64,000 nt of DNA, from NCBI GenBank assembly GCA_031424375.1, contig JANPHH010000146.1, forward strand, positions 5,148 through 69,147, given 5' to 3'. The DNA is from Chthoniobacter sp. Lineage in GTDB: Bacteria > Verrucomicrobiota > Verrucomicrobiia > Chthoniobacterales > Chthoniobacteraceae. Below the pieces are notes generated by a model that saw only the letters and a list, made by a program, of their open reading frames with translations, did no database searches and was not told the origin of the DNA. The position numbers were made by a program, and so were the translations under genes. Each line of letters opens with the position of its first letter. Positions within the stretch are counted from its first letter, which is position 1. Shown one piece after another: positions 52,359-61,460 of this stretch.

Positions 52359-53432
52359 TCACTTCCCGCCGCGCCTGTTGTAGACCGCGAGCGTGGTGAC
52401 GAAGTCCACCGCGCGCTGCAAAACGGCGTCGCGGAGGACGATTTTCTTCTCCGCCTTCGCTTTCTGCGCGGCTTGCGCGGCGTCGAGTTCGGGGTTCGTG
52501 CCGGCGACGAGGGCGGCTTCGTTCATGCGGATGCGTTCGGTTTCGAAGACCAGTTCTGCGACGCCTTTTTCCAGTCCGCGCTGAAGCACCGCGGTCGTCG
52601 TCTCGGCGGGCACGTCGACTGCGATGTCGGGCTTCACGCCGCCGGGGAAGACGGTCGTTTTATCCGGCAGCGCGACCTCGGCCACGGCGATGCGGACGAG
52701 CTTGCCGCTGGCGAGCGGGAAGCTCTGAAACTCGACGGCTTCGCCGCGCGTCTGCTGGCCGATGATCATGGCATTCACGTGGGTGCGGAGCACGGCGGCG
52801 ATCACCTCGGGCGTGCCGGCGGATTCCGCGGAGACGAGGACCACGAGCACGCCGGTGAACTTCGGGTCGTCCTTCGAAGTGAGCACCTGCTCCTGCTTCA
52901 CGTTCGCCTTGCGCACGGTGAAGAGCACTTTCCCTTTCGGAACGAACCGGCGGCAGACCTCGGCCATCGGTTCGAAGTCCGCGCTGCCCGGCGTGGCGCG
53001 CAAGTCGAGCACGACCGAGCCGAGTTTGGCTTCGGAGAAACGGGCGAGCGCGGTGTCGAGTTCGGCGAGATTCGTGACGGATGCGTCGCCGAGTCGGGCA
53101 TAGCCGATGCGGCCATCGAGCACCTCGCTGCGGAACGGGCGGCCCGCCGCTTCACCCGCCGTCGGGGCCTCGAGAATGGCTGCTCCCGGCGCGAGCCGGG
53201 TGAGCGCGCCGAGGACGGTCGCGCGCTTCAGCGGGAGGTCGGCGAGCATCTCGGGCTTGATGAAATGGTCGCGTAGCAGGGTGAGCACTTCGTCGAGTTC
53301 CTCGCTGGAGAGGTTGTCGATGAGCTCGGCGGCGGATGGTGCGGATTTCGTTTCGACTGTGGGAGATTGGGCGCGGAGGGCGGACGAGGTGAGGAGCAGG
53401 GCGGTCAGCGCAGGAACCACGGGGAATTTCAT
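52359..53432 (-). CDS. S41 (CtpA/Prc-like) peptidase-fold protein, apparently catalytically degenerate
   Basis: Motifs IGYARL, VLDLRATPG, LVVLVSAESAGTPEVIA, IIGQQTRGEA, GVKPDIAV, DAVLQRAVD. Signal peptide. Confidence 0.8.
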   Translation of the reverse strand: MKFPVVPALTALLLTSSALRAQSPTVETKSAPSAAELIDNLSSEELDEVLTLLRDHFIKPEMLADLPLKRATVLGALTRLAPGAAILEAPTAGEAAGRPFRSEVLDGRIGYARLGDASVTNLAELDTALARFSEAKLGSVVLDLRATPGSADFEPMAEVCRRFVPKGKVLFTVRKANVKQEQVLTSKDDPKFTGVLVVLVSAESAGTPEVIAAVLRTHVNAMIIGQQTRGEAVEFQSFPLASGKLVRIAVAEVALPDKTTVFPGGVKPDIAVDVPAETTTAVLQRGLEKGVAELVFETERIRMNEAALVAGTNPELDAAQAAQKAKAEKKIVLRDAVLQRAVDFVTTLAVYNRRGGK

Positions 53433-53447
53433 AGGGCGGCCGGGAAG

Positions 53448-54710
53448 CTAGGCGGGCAGGCCCTTTACCGCAATATCGCGGCGGAATTGCGCGCCCTCGA
53501 AGTGGATCGCGGCGACGGCGGCGTAGGCTTTTTCGCGCGCCGCTGCTAGGTCTGACGCGAGCGCGGTAACGCCGAGCACGCGGCCGCCGGCGGTGACGAT
53601 CGCGTCGCCGTCGCGGCGGGTGCCGGCGTGGAAAACGGTGGCGTCCGCGCGGTCGAGGCCGGTGATCGGTTTCCCGCTCGCGTAGCTGCCGGGATAACCG
53701 CCGGAGGCCATGATGACGCAGACCGCGACCTCAGGCCGCCACTTCGCGGAGACGCTCGCGAGGCGGCGGTCGATCGTCGCTTCGAGCAACTCAACGAGAT
53801 CGCTTTCGAGCCGCGTGAGCAGGACCTGCGTTTCGGGGTCGCCGAAGCGGCAGTTGAATTCCAGCACCTTCGGTCCATCGGCGGTGATCATCAGGCCGGG
53901 AAAAAGCATCCCGCGGAAATCGAGGCCGTCCGCTTTCACTCCGGCGATGAAAGGATCAAGGACCTCGCGGCGGATGCGCTCTTCCAGCTCGGGCGTGACC
54001 AGCCGCGCGGCGGGGCTGAACGTGCCCATGCCGCCGGTGTTCAGGCCGAGGTCGCCGTCGAGCGCGCGTTTGTGATCCTGCGCGCTGGGGAAGAGCAGGT
54101 AGCTGTCGCCATCGACGAGCGCGTGGACGGAACATTCTTCCCCGACGAGAAATTCCTCGATGACCACGCGGCTGCCGGCTTCGCCAAACTTCCGCTCCTC
54201 CATGATCTCGCGGATCGCCTGCTCGGACTCGGCGAGCGTGGCTGCGATGATCACGCCTTTGCCGAGCGCGAGACCGTCCGCTTTTACCACGATGGGATGC
54301 GGCATCGTTTTCGCGAATGCCTTCGCTTCCGCGGCGTCGCTGAAGTTTCCCGAGCGAGCGGTGGGAATGCCGTGGCGCTCCATGAATTCCTTGGCGAAGA
54401 CCTTCGACGATTCCAGCCGCGCCGCCGCCTGGCGCGGACCGAACGCGCGCAGGCCGGCGTCTTCAAAAAGATCGACGAGACCGGCGGCGAGCGCGTCATC
54501 GGGGCCGACGACGGTGAGCGCGATGCCTTCGCTTTTTGCAAAGTCGAGGAGTTGCGCCGGTTCGGTGATTTTGATCGGCGCGCAGGTGGCGATTTCGGCG
54601 ATGCCGGCATTGCCCGGCGCGCAGTAGACGGCGGTGACGCGGGGCGATTGGCGCAGCTTCCAGACGAGGGCGTGTTCGCGGCCGCCGCTGCCGATGACGA
54701 GGACTTTCAT
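53448..54710 (-). CDS. purD: Phosphoribosylamine--glycine ligase
   Basis: Motifs [77 protein letters not shown]. Confidence 0.97.
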   Translation of the reverse strand: MKVLVIGSGGREHALVWKLRQSPRVTAVYCAPGNAGIAEIATCAPIKITEPAQLLDFAKSEGIALTVVGPDDALAAGLVDLFEDAGLRAFGPRQAAARLESSKVFAKEFMERHGIPTARSGNFSDAAEAKAFAKTMPHPIVVKADGLALGKGVIIAATLAESEQAIREIMEERKFGEAGSRVVIEEFLVGEECSVHALVDGDSYLLFPSAQDHKRALDGDLGLNTGGMGTFSPAARLVTPELEERIRREVLDPFIAGVKADGLDFRGMLFPGLMITADGPKVLEFNCRFGDPETQVLLTRLESDLVELLEATIDRRLASVSAKWRPEVAVCVIMASGGYPGSYASGKPITGLDRADATVFHAGTRRDGDAIVTAGGRVLGVTALASDLAAAREKAYAAVAAIHFEGAQFRRDIAVKGLPA

Positions 54711-54803
54711 GAGGAGCGCGGAGGCTAGTGGCCGCGCCGGGGTGGTGCAATGCGGAGGTGAGGGCGTGGGCGCTTCTGGCGCGGAGCGCCTGGTCGAAAA
54801 AAA

Positions 54804-54993
54804 TGTCATCCTGAGCGGAGTTCCTCGTGGGCGCAGGCGGGGAGGAACGGAGTCGAAGGACCTCTCGCATCTCGCGGCGCGCCTTTGCCTGCCTGGGGAA
54901 AAGTTAGAGGTCCTTCGACTTCGCGCCGCACCACACACCCCGCCTCCACCTTTCCCATTCCTACTACCACGCGGCGCTCCGCTCAGGATGACA
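54804..54993. repeat. Full TGTCATCC-family element (long variant)
   Basis: Terminal IR tgtcatcctgagcggag/ctccgctcaggatgaca and inner IR gtcgaaggacctc/gaggtccttcgac. Confidence 0.85.
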
Positions 54994-55077
54994 GGGTTTG
55001 ATTTGGACGGATGCATTTCAGCACAGGTAAAGCCCATGCACGCTCCACGGCCCGGCGCAATCCGCGCCTGAGAGGAG

Positions 55078-55150
55078 AGGTCCACGAAAGACACGAAAGG
55101 ACACGAAATGCAGAACTCTTCTTTCGTGCCTTTCGTGTTTTTCGTGGACC
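55078..55150. repeat. GTCCACGAAA...TTTCGTGGAC palindromic element
   Basis: (cacgaaa)x3 pairs with (tttcgtg)x3; second copy at 60441-60621. Confidence 0.75.
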
Positions 55151-55197
55151 GAAACTCCGGCGGCATGCGTCATGTCTGAGGACTCGCATCCGCCCCG

Positions 55198-56487
55198 ATG
55201 ACTCCCTCTTCCCGCAACCATCGCCTGCTCCTCGCCGCCGCGTTGCTCGTGGTCGTCGGGGCGCTGTGGTGGTTTGGGCGGGTGAATGGGCCGGCGCAGC
55301 CCGGCGCACCTGACGCGAGGCCGACGCCGGCGCCCGCTACTCCGGCGGCACTCGGCAGCGCTGCGGCTCCTTCTTCCACCGGATCGAAAAAGCCCACGCC
55401 CGCCGAGCAGTGGCGCGAGGCGGAGCGGCGCAGCGGCGTGGATGCGTCGAACATTTACAAGAACGCGTTCGTGCTCTTCAACGCGCTGACCGACGCGGAG
55501 AAAAAGATGCTGCGCAATCCGAAGGACGAGGTGGATGCGGACGCGGCGGCGGCGCTATTTGCGAAGATCCAGCCGATCCTCGCCAAGCTGCGCGAGGCGA
55601 TGAAAGCGGACTACTGCGACTGGGGCGTGGCGCCAATCTCCTTCGACACGCCGCTGAACTACATGACGCAGGCGCAGGATCTCGGGAAGCTGGCGCTGTG
55701 GTCGGCGGGGTATCGGCTGCACGAGGATCCGGCGAATGCGCTGGAGGATCTGCAGACCCGCGCGCGGCTCGGGCATCACCTTTCCGATGTGCTGATCGGC
55801 GGGCTGGTCTCGGCGAGTTTCGAGGCTTCGGCGGCCGAGCTTTTGCGGGGAAATGTCGGCGGGCTGAATGCGGCGACGCGTGCGGCGGCGGTGGACTTTC
55901 TCGCCGGCTCGACGCTGGATGCAGACTTCGGCCGCGCTTTCGCCGGGGAAGCGGAAATGGCGGAGAAGATCGTGGGCGATCTGCTGCGGAAGTCGCGCGA
56001 GGAACGGCGGGCAATGTTCGCCGGCTTCGATGTGGGGGAGAAGACCGGGGACAAGCGTGCCCAGCAGGAAGAGCTCGTCGCCTTTCTCGACTCGCCGGAA
56101 CGCGCGACGGCCGAGGCGACATTCATCCGCGCGACGGAAGAAAAACTCGCTGCGTCGCTCGCGTTGCCCGAGGCGGAGTTTCAGGCGTGGTGGAAGGCGA
56201 CGGTCGCGGAAATCGAGAACGGGCATCCGTTCGCGCAGCAGATCATTCCGGCGGTCGCGGGCGTGCAGGCGCGGATGCAGCAGCGGCGGGTGGAGCGGGT
56301 GCTTTTCGCCGCGGGCGTGGATGTGCTGGAGAATGGCGTGGGCCAGCTCGGGAAATATCGCGACCCGGCGACGGGCGCGCCGCTGCGGTATGTGGCGACG
56401 CCCGGCGGCTTCGAGCTGCGCGGGACGTACGAGGCAAAGGGGAAGCCGGTGACGCTCGCTTTCCCCGGCCCGGCGGCGAGTCGCTGA
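55198..56487 (+). CDS. Hypothetical membrane-anchored helical protein
   Basis: N-terminal TM helix, P/A linker, 429 aa with coding-like composition. C-terminus DPATGAPLRY...GFEL. Confidence 0.75.
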   Translation: MTPSSRNHRLLLAAALLVVVGALWWFGRVNGPAQPGAPDARPTPAPATPAALGSAAAPSSTGSKKPTPAEQWREAERRSGVDASNIYKNAFVLFNALTDAEKKMLRNPKDEVDADAAAALFAKIQPILAKLREAMKADYCDWGVAPISFDTPLNYMTQAQDLGKLALWSAGYRLHEDPANALEDLQTRARLGHHLSDVLIGGLVSASFEASAAELLRGNVGGLNAATRAAAVDFLAGSTLDADFGRAFAGEAEMAEKIVGDLLRKSREERRAMFAGFDVGEKTGDKRAQQEELVAFLDSPERATAEATFIRATEEKLAASLALPEAEFQAWWKATVAEIENGHPFAQQIIPAVAGVQARMQQRRVERVLFAAGVDVLENGVGQLGKYRDPATGAPLRYVATPGGFELRGTYEAKGKPVTLAFPGPAASR

Positions 56488-56628
56488 GCGGATCGCGGCA
56501 TTTCCGGGAGCCGTGACGCTTTCGTCGTCATTCCGCCACGCATGGCGCGGGTTCGTGACGTTTGCCGCCAGATCTTTCCAATCCCGGTCTTCCCGCGCCA
56601 AAGCGCCGCCGCAATACCTCGTGGCGCC

Positions 56629-58251
56629 ATGAAACGCACCTCACCACTTCCCTTCATCCTCGCCTCAAGCATCGCTCTCGTAGTGTCTGCTTCGGCGCAA
56701 ATCAAAGGACCGAGCACCGCCTCGACGCCTTACGCCGTCCCGACGAGCCCGCTCGTCAAAACCTATTCGATCGCCACGGTGGATAACACCGGCGCCACGC
56801 CCGACGACGTCTTCGCGAAGACCGGCGGAGGCACCTACAGCATGTCCGGCATCCCGGACGGACTCGGCGCCTTCGACAATGGCGACCGCACCTTCACCGT
56901 CCTGATGAATCACGAGCTCGGCAACACGGCCGGCGTGGTCCGCGCGCACGGCAGCGTGGGCGCCTTCGTTTCGCAGTGGGTGATCAACAAGGACACCCTC
57001 GCGGTGGTGAGCGCGAAGGACATGATCAACAGCGTGGTGACGTGGAATAGTGGCACCTCCACCTACAACGCGCCCGGCACCACGGCGTTCGGCCGCCTCT
57101 GTTCGGCGGATCTCCCGGCGGTGAGCGCCTTCTCGAATGGCGCGCTGGGAACGACGGAGCGCATCTTCATGAGCGGCGAAGAAACGGGCACCGAAGGACG
57201 CACCTTCGCGCACCTCGTGACCGGCGCGAATGCCGGTGTGAGCTACGAACTGCCCCGCCTCGGGAAATTCTCGTGGGAGAACTCGGTCGCCGCCCCGCTT
57301 GCCCAAAACAAGACGGTGGTGCTCGGCACGGACGACGGCTCGGGAACGAACCAAGGCGTCTACCTTTATGTCGGGACGAAGACCAGCACGGGCAATGAAA
57401 TCGAGCGCGCCGGTCTGACCAATGGCCTGCTCTACGGCATCAAGATCGACGGCGGCGCAGCGCAGTCCGAATCGCGCACGACGGACTTCGGCATCGGGAA
57501 AAATGGCACGAAACCCTTCAGCCTCGTGCTCGCTCCGAATAGCGGCGACGTGAGCAATGTCACTGGCACCGCGCTGGACGCGCACAGCGCCGCAAACGGT
57601 GTCACGAGCTTCCTTCGCCCCGAGGACGCCGCGTGGGACACGATCAGCAACAACAAGGTCTACTTTGCGACCACGGATCGCTACGATCAGGTGAAGGACG
57701 GCGTCGGCGCGCAGGTCGGCCGGAGCCGACTGTGGTCGCTGGAATTCTCCGACATGGCGAACCCGCAAAACGGCGGCACGGTCAAACTCCTGCTCGATGG
57801 CACCGAGAGCCTGAACATGATGGACAACATCGCGGTCGATCTCGACGGCAACATCGTGATCGTCGAAGACGTGGGCAACCAGCAGCACAATGGCAAGATC
57901 GTGAAGTTCAACCCGACCACCGGAGTGATCGAGTCGCTCGCCCAGCACGATCCGGCGCGCTTCGGGGGCATCGGGGTGCCTGCGACCTCGCCCTTCAGTC
58001 AGGACGAAGAATTCTCCGGCCCAATCGACGTCACCGCGATCTTCGCGGACAGCGCGCTGAAGACCGATCCGAATCAGCGCTTCTACCTCTTCGACGACCA
58101 GGCGCACTACACGACGGGCGCCACCGCGAGCCAGGTCGAAGGCGGACAGCTCCTCCTTCTCTCGGCAGTGCCGGAACCCGGCACGATCCTCTGGGGCGCC
58201 GGTCTCGCGATCTTCGCGGGTATCCGTCGCAATCGCTCCCGCCGCGCTTAA
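56629..58251 (+). CDS. PEP-CTERM protein with PhoX/DUF839-like beta-propeller domain
   Basis: Signal peptide. Motifs GIPDGLGA, LMNHE, RLCSADL, GEE, SWEN, RPED, DN, EDVG, E.SG.ID, QAH. C-terminal VPEPGT + TM + RRNRSRR. Confidence 0.8.
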   Translation: MKRTSPLPFILASSIALVVSASAQIKGPSTASTPYAVPTSPLVKTYSIATVDNTGATPDDVFAKTGGGTYSMSGIPDGLGAFDNGDRTFTVLMNHELGNTAGVVRAHGSVGAFVSQWVINKDTLAVVSAKDMINSVVTWNSGTSTYNAPGTTAFGRLCSADLPAVSAFSNGALGTTERIFMSGEETGTEGRTFAHLVTGANAGVSYELPRLGKFSWENSVAAPLAQNKTVVLGTDDGSGTNQGVYLYVGTKTSTGNEIERAGLTNGLLYGIKIDGGAAQSESRTTDFGIGKNGTKPFSLVLAPNSGDVSNVTGTALDAHSAANGVTSFLRPEDAAWDTISNNKVYFATTDRYDQVKDGVGAQVGRSRLWSLEFSDMANPQNGGTVKLLLDGTESLNMMDNIAVDLDGNIVIVEDVGNQQHNGKIVKFNPTTGVIESLAQHDPARFGGIGVPATSPFSQDEEFSGPIDVTAIFADSALKTDPNQRFYLFDDQAHYTTGATASQVEGGQLLLLSAVPEPGTILWGAGLAIFAGIRRNRSRRA

Positions 58252-58280
58252 TCGCTCCGGCTTAAACTCCTAATCCACCC

Positions 58281-58325
58281 ACCGGGGTTCCCTGTCTCAA
58301 CCGCGGGGAACCCCGGTCCCTTTTT
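58281..58325 (+). terminator. GC-rich hairpin followed by T-run (terminator or mRNA stabiliser)
   Basis: accggggttccc / gggaaccccggt inverted repeat, then cccttttt directly before the ATG at 58326. Confidence 0.55.
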
Positions 58326-58952
58326 ATGAAAGTCAGCCACACTGTTTTCCGTCTCTCACTCCTCGCAGTCGCTTCACTGTTCACGACCTCCTCCGCCCTT
58401 GCGCTGGTCTATCGGGAAAACATCTCCGGAGACCTGTCGAGCAACCACCTCGCGCCGACGCCGCTCACCTTCGACGTGAGCGTGAACCGAATCTCGGGAA
58501 CGATGGGCGGCGACCCCGGCGAAGGGATCCCGCTCGACCGGGATTTCTTCAAATTCACGCTCGCTCCGGGGCAGGCCCTGACCTCGATCAACGTGCTCCA
58601 GTTTGACCCGCAAGGTCAGTCCTTCTACGCGATCTCGGGTGGCCCCACCATCGGCATCACTTCCCCGGCGGATCATCTCTCGAACGTGCTCGTGACCGGG
58701 CTCGGCGAGATCCTCGATGACCTCGACAACGGCTCCTACAGCGGCGGCCTCGGCCTCACGGCTCCACTCCAGCCGGGGACCTACACGGTCTGGTTTCAGG
58801 AACTCGCTTCCGTGGTCACCTACGACTTCGCCTACACCGTCACGTCGAATGTCGCACCCGTCCCCGAGCCGGGCACGGCCATCTGGGGTGCCGCCCTCGG
58901 GATCTCTTTGGCTCTACGGCGGTGTCGTCTTCGGACCGGGTGGGGGTCTTAA
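58326..58952 (+). CDS. PEP-CTERM sorting domain protein
   Basis: Signal peptide; C-terminal VPEPGT + hydrophobic helix + RRCR. Confidence 0.85.
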   Translation: MKVSHTVFRLSLLAVASLFTTSSALALVYRENISGDLSSNHLAPTPLTFDVSVNRISGTMGGDPGEGIPLDRDFFKFTLAPGQALTSINVLQFDPQGQSFYAISGGPTIGITSPADHLSNVLVTGLGEILDDLDNGSYSGGLGLTAPLQPGTYTVWFQELASVVTYDFAYTVTSNVAPVPEPGTAIWGAALGISLALRRCRLRTGWGS

Positions 58953-58969
58953 AGGATCCCTCGAAAGCC

Positions 58970-59100
58970 TGTCATCCCGAGCGGAATGGAGGGAGCCTAA
59001 GCGACCTGAATGAAGTCGAGGGACCTCGGAGTGCCGGGAACTGCGCGATCTCCCGAAGGCTGAGGTCCCTCGGCTCCGTTACACTCCGCTTGGGATGACA
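58970..59100. repeat. Full TGTCATCC-family element
   Basis: Terminal IR tgtcatcccgagcgga/tccgcttgggatgaca and inner IR gagggacctc/gaggtccctc. Confidence 0.85.
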
Positions 59101-59300
59101 GAGCTTGGTGAAAGTTCGACGCCCGCGGCATCGTGCCGGGTCAACCGATTCGTCGTCGGTCGGTGGGCTTCTTGGTTGGAAAACGCATCCTCCGGAGGTT
59201 GTTCCCGGCACTGACGGTGGAACCCCGGTCGCGCTTTTTGCGGGCGGCGAGCGATAGAAGATTTCCCTCCCCGCGCTGCATCCGCTAGCCTCCGCGCGCC

Positions 59301-60422
59301 ATGAAGAAATTGTTCGCGTTCCTTTTCCTCGCCACTGCTCTGCCGCTCCTCGCCGAGCCGCCGGTGATCACCGTCTCGAAGAGCGACAAGCTCGCGATCG
59401 CCGTGACCGGATTGCCCGCGAGCGAGGCGAAGATTCTCGAGAACGATCTCGCGATGTCGGGCTTCTTTAGCGTGGTGCCGCAGGGCAGCGCGGGGTTCAT
59501 TGCGGGCGGTTCGTCGACCGGCAGTTCCCTCAGTGGGAATGTGACCGATCGCAGTGGTAAGACGGTGCTGAGCAAGACCTTCAGCGGCGCCGGTCGGAGC
59601 AAGGTGCATCAGTATGCGGATGAGATCGTCGAGACGCTGACCGGCCACAAGGGCATCGCCAACAGCAAGATCGCCTTCGTGGCCACGCGCAGCGGAGCGA
59701 AGGAAATCTACACCGCGGATGCCGACGGCTCGGGCGTCAATCAGCTCACCAAAGACGCCAGCATCAGCGTCGCGCCGTGCCTTTCGCCGGATGGCCGTTC
59801 GCTGGTCTACACCGGCTACAAGAGCGGTTACGCGGACGTTTACGAAATCAATCTCGGCAGCGGCGCGCGCAATCGGATCATCAAGTTTCCCGGCACCAAT
59901 TCCGGCGCTGCGTATTCGCCCGATGGCGGCCGCATCGCGGTGACGCTGAGCAAGGATGGCAACCCCGAGCTGTATGTGACCGGCTCGGGCGGCGGCGGTG
60001 CGCGGCGGCTCACGCGCACGGCCGGTGTGGAAAGCTCGCCCACGTGGTCGCCAGATGGCGGGGAGATTATTTATTCGAGCGACGAGGGCGGTTCGCCTCG
60101 GCTCTTTCGCATCTCGTCCGGCGGCGGGAGCGGGCGTCCGGTCGGGCCAGACGGATACAGCACCGAGCCTAACTGGTCGCCCGACGGAAAAAAGATCGCC
60201 TACAACACGCGCAGCGGCGGCTTTCAGGTGAGCATCCTCGACCTCGCGAGCGGCAGCGTGCGCACCGTGGGCGAAGGCCAGGACCCGGTGTGGGGCGCGG
60301 ATTCCCGGCACCTCATCTTCTCCACCGGCAGCTCGCTCGTCCTGCTCGATACCCAGACGGGTCAGCGGACGAATCTGGTCAGCGGCCTCGGCAAGATTTC
60401 CGAACCGACCTGGTCGCGCTGA
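59301..60422 (+). CDS. tolB: Tol-Pal beta-propeller protein TolB
   Basis: Signal peptide, N-domain ILENDL..SGFF, KIAFV, repeated (P.)WSPDG/PD40 motifs; upstream of pal. Confidence 0.85.
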   Translation: MKKLFAFLFLATALPLLAEPPVITVSKSDKLAIAVTGLPASEAKILENDLAMSGFFSVVPQGSAGFIAGGSSTGSSLSGNVTDRSGKTVLSKTFSGAGRSKVHQYADEIVETLTGHKGIANSKIAFVATRSGAKEIYTADADGSGVNQLTKDASISVAPCLSPDGRSLVYTGYKSGYADVYEINLGSGARNRIIKFPGTNSGAAYSPDGGRIAVTLSKDGNPELYVTGSGGGGARRLTRTAGVESSPTWSPDGGEIIYSSDEGGSPRLFRISSGGGSGRPVGPDGYSTEPNWSPDGKKIAYNTRSGGFQVSILDLASGSVRTVGEGQDPVWGADSRHLIFSTGSSLVLLDTQTGQRTNLVSGLGKISEPTWSR

Positions 60423-60440
60423 GCGGGAGTGGCGGCGAAG

Positions 60441-60621
60441 AGGTCCACGAAAAATACGAAAGGCACGAACACAAAACGAGGTTTTGGGCCGTGGCTCACT
60501 TTGCCCGGAATTGTAGGGCGGGCGCTTCGCCTGCCCAAGGCAACCGGGGCGGTCGCCCTACAATCGCGGCTGAAACTGAGTCACTACCTCATTTCGTGTC
60601 CTTTCGTGTTTTTCGTGGACC
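60441..60621. repeat. GTCCACGAAA-family element containing a nested GTAG-type palindrome (60510-60564)
   Basis: Outer ggtccacgaaaaa...tttttcgtggacc; inner attgtagggcg...cgccctacaat. Confidence 0.75.
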
Positions 60622-60693
60622 ATCCCGGCGTGCATTTAGAAAGTCAGTGAGCTAAAGACGGCTCTCCTTTTGCCCAACCCCAATTCTCACCAC

Positions 60694-61200
60694 ATGAAAC
60701 TCGCCCTGCATTTCACCGCACTCGCCCTCACTTCCCTGCTCCTCACCAGTTGCGCCAAGAACAAAGGCGCGGGTGGCGCGGGCGGCGCCGCCGATGGCGA
60801 CTTCGTCAGCGGCAGCGCGCTGCCGGATCGGCAGGAGGGCGTTTCCTTCCTGAGCAGCAATGTGGATCGCAATAAATTTTCGCCCGTCTATTTCGGGTTC
60901 GACAGCTTCACGGTGAGCGGCGGCGAGCAGGGCAAGGTGCAGCAGGTCGCGGAGTTCATGCGCAGCAACGGCAACTCCGTGATCCTCGCGGGCTTCACCG
61001 ACGAACGCGGCACGCCGGAATACAATCGCGGCCTCGGCGAACGCCGCGCGCAAGCCGTGCGCGAGGCGCTGATCCGCGCGGGCGCGCCGGGCGGCAAGAT
61101 CCAGACCGTGAGCTTCGGTTCGGAGATGCCCGCGGATGGCGGTTCGAGCGAAAGCGCCTGGGCGAAAAACCGCCGCGCGGAATTCGGCGTCGTGCGCTGA
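60694..61200 (+). CDS. pal: Peptidoglycan-associated lipoprotein (OmpA C-like)
   Basis: Lipobox LLTSC; motifs VYFGFD, GFTDERGTPEYN.GLGERRA, KNRRAEF. Confidence 0.9.
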   Translation: MKLALHFTALALTSLLLTSCAKNKGAGGAGGAADGDFVSGSALPDRQEGVSFLSSNVDRNKFSPVYFGFDSFTVSGGEQGKVQQVAEFMRSNGNSVILAGFTDERGTPEYNRGLGERRAQAVREALIRAGAPGGKIQTVSFGSEMPADGGSSESAWAKNRRAEFGVVR

Positions 61201-61226
61201 GGGGTGAAAGCGCACTCGAAACAGTG

Positions 61227-61396
61227 TGTCATCCCGAGCGGAATGGAGGGAGTCTAAGCGACCAGAATGCACTCGAGGCTTTGCGAGAGGTCCGTGGTGC
61301 CATGGGGACAATCGAGGGACCCCGGATGACCGGATTTCGTGCGATCATCCGCAGGCTGAGGTCCTTCGACTCCGTTACACTCCGCTCAGGATGACA
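61227..61396. repeat. Full TGTCATCC-family element with internal insertion
   Basis: tgtcatcccgagcgga ... tccgctcaggatgaca. Confidence 0.85.
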
Positions 61397-61460
61397 AACG
61401 TTCGTTTGTTACGTGCCCCCGGCGCGCACGGCAAACCCTCGACTTAGCAACGATCCACCT

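Noticed and set aside
51887-52362. Small ORFs with CHPERS / VIPSE / LGMT peptides (also near 21700, 54900, 59000, 61230, 63800)
   Set aside because: These are translations of the TGTCATCC repeat element, not genes.
59301-61200. tolB-pal without adjacent tolQRA
   Set aside because: Split tol-pal loci are common outside Proteobacteria; not remarkable.
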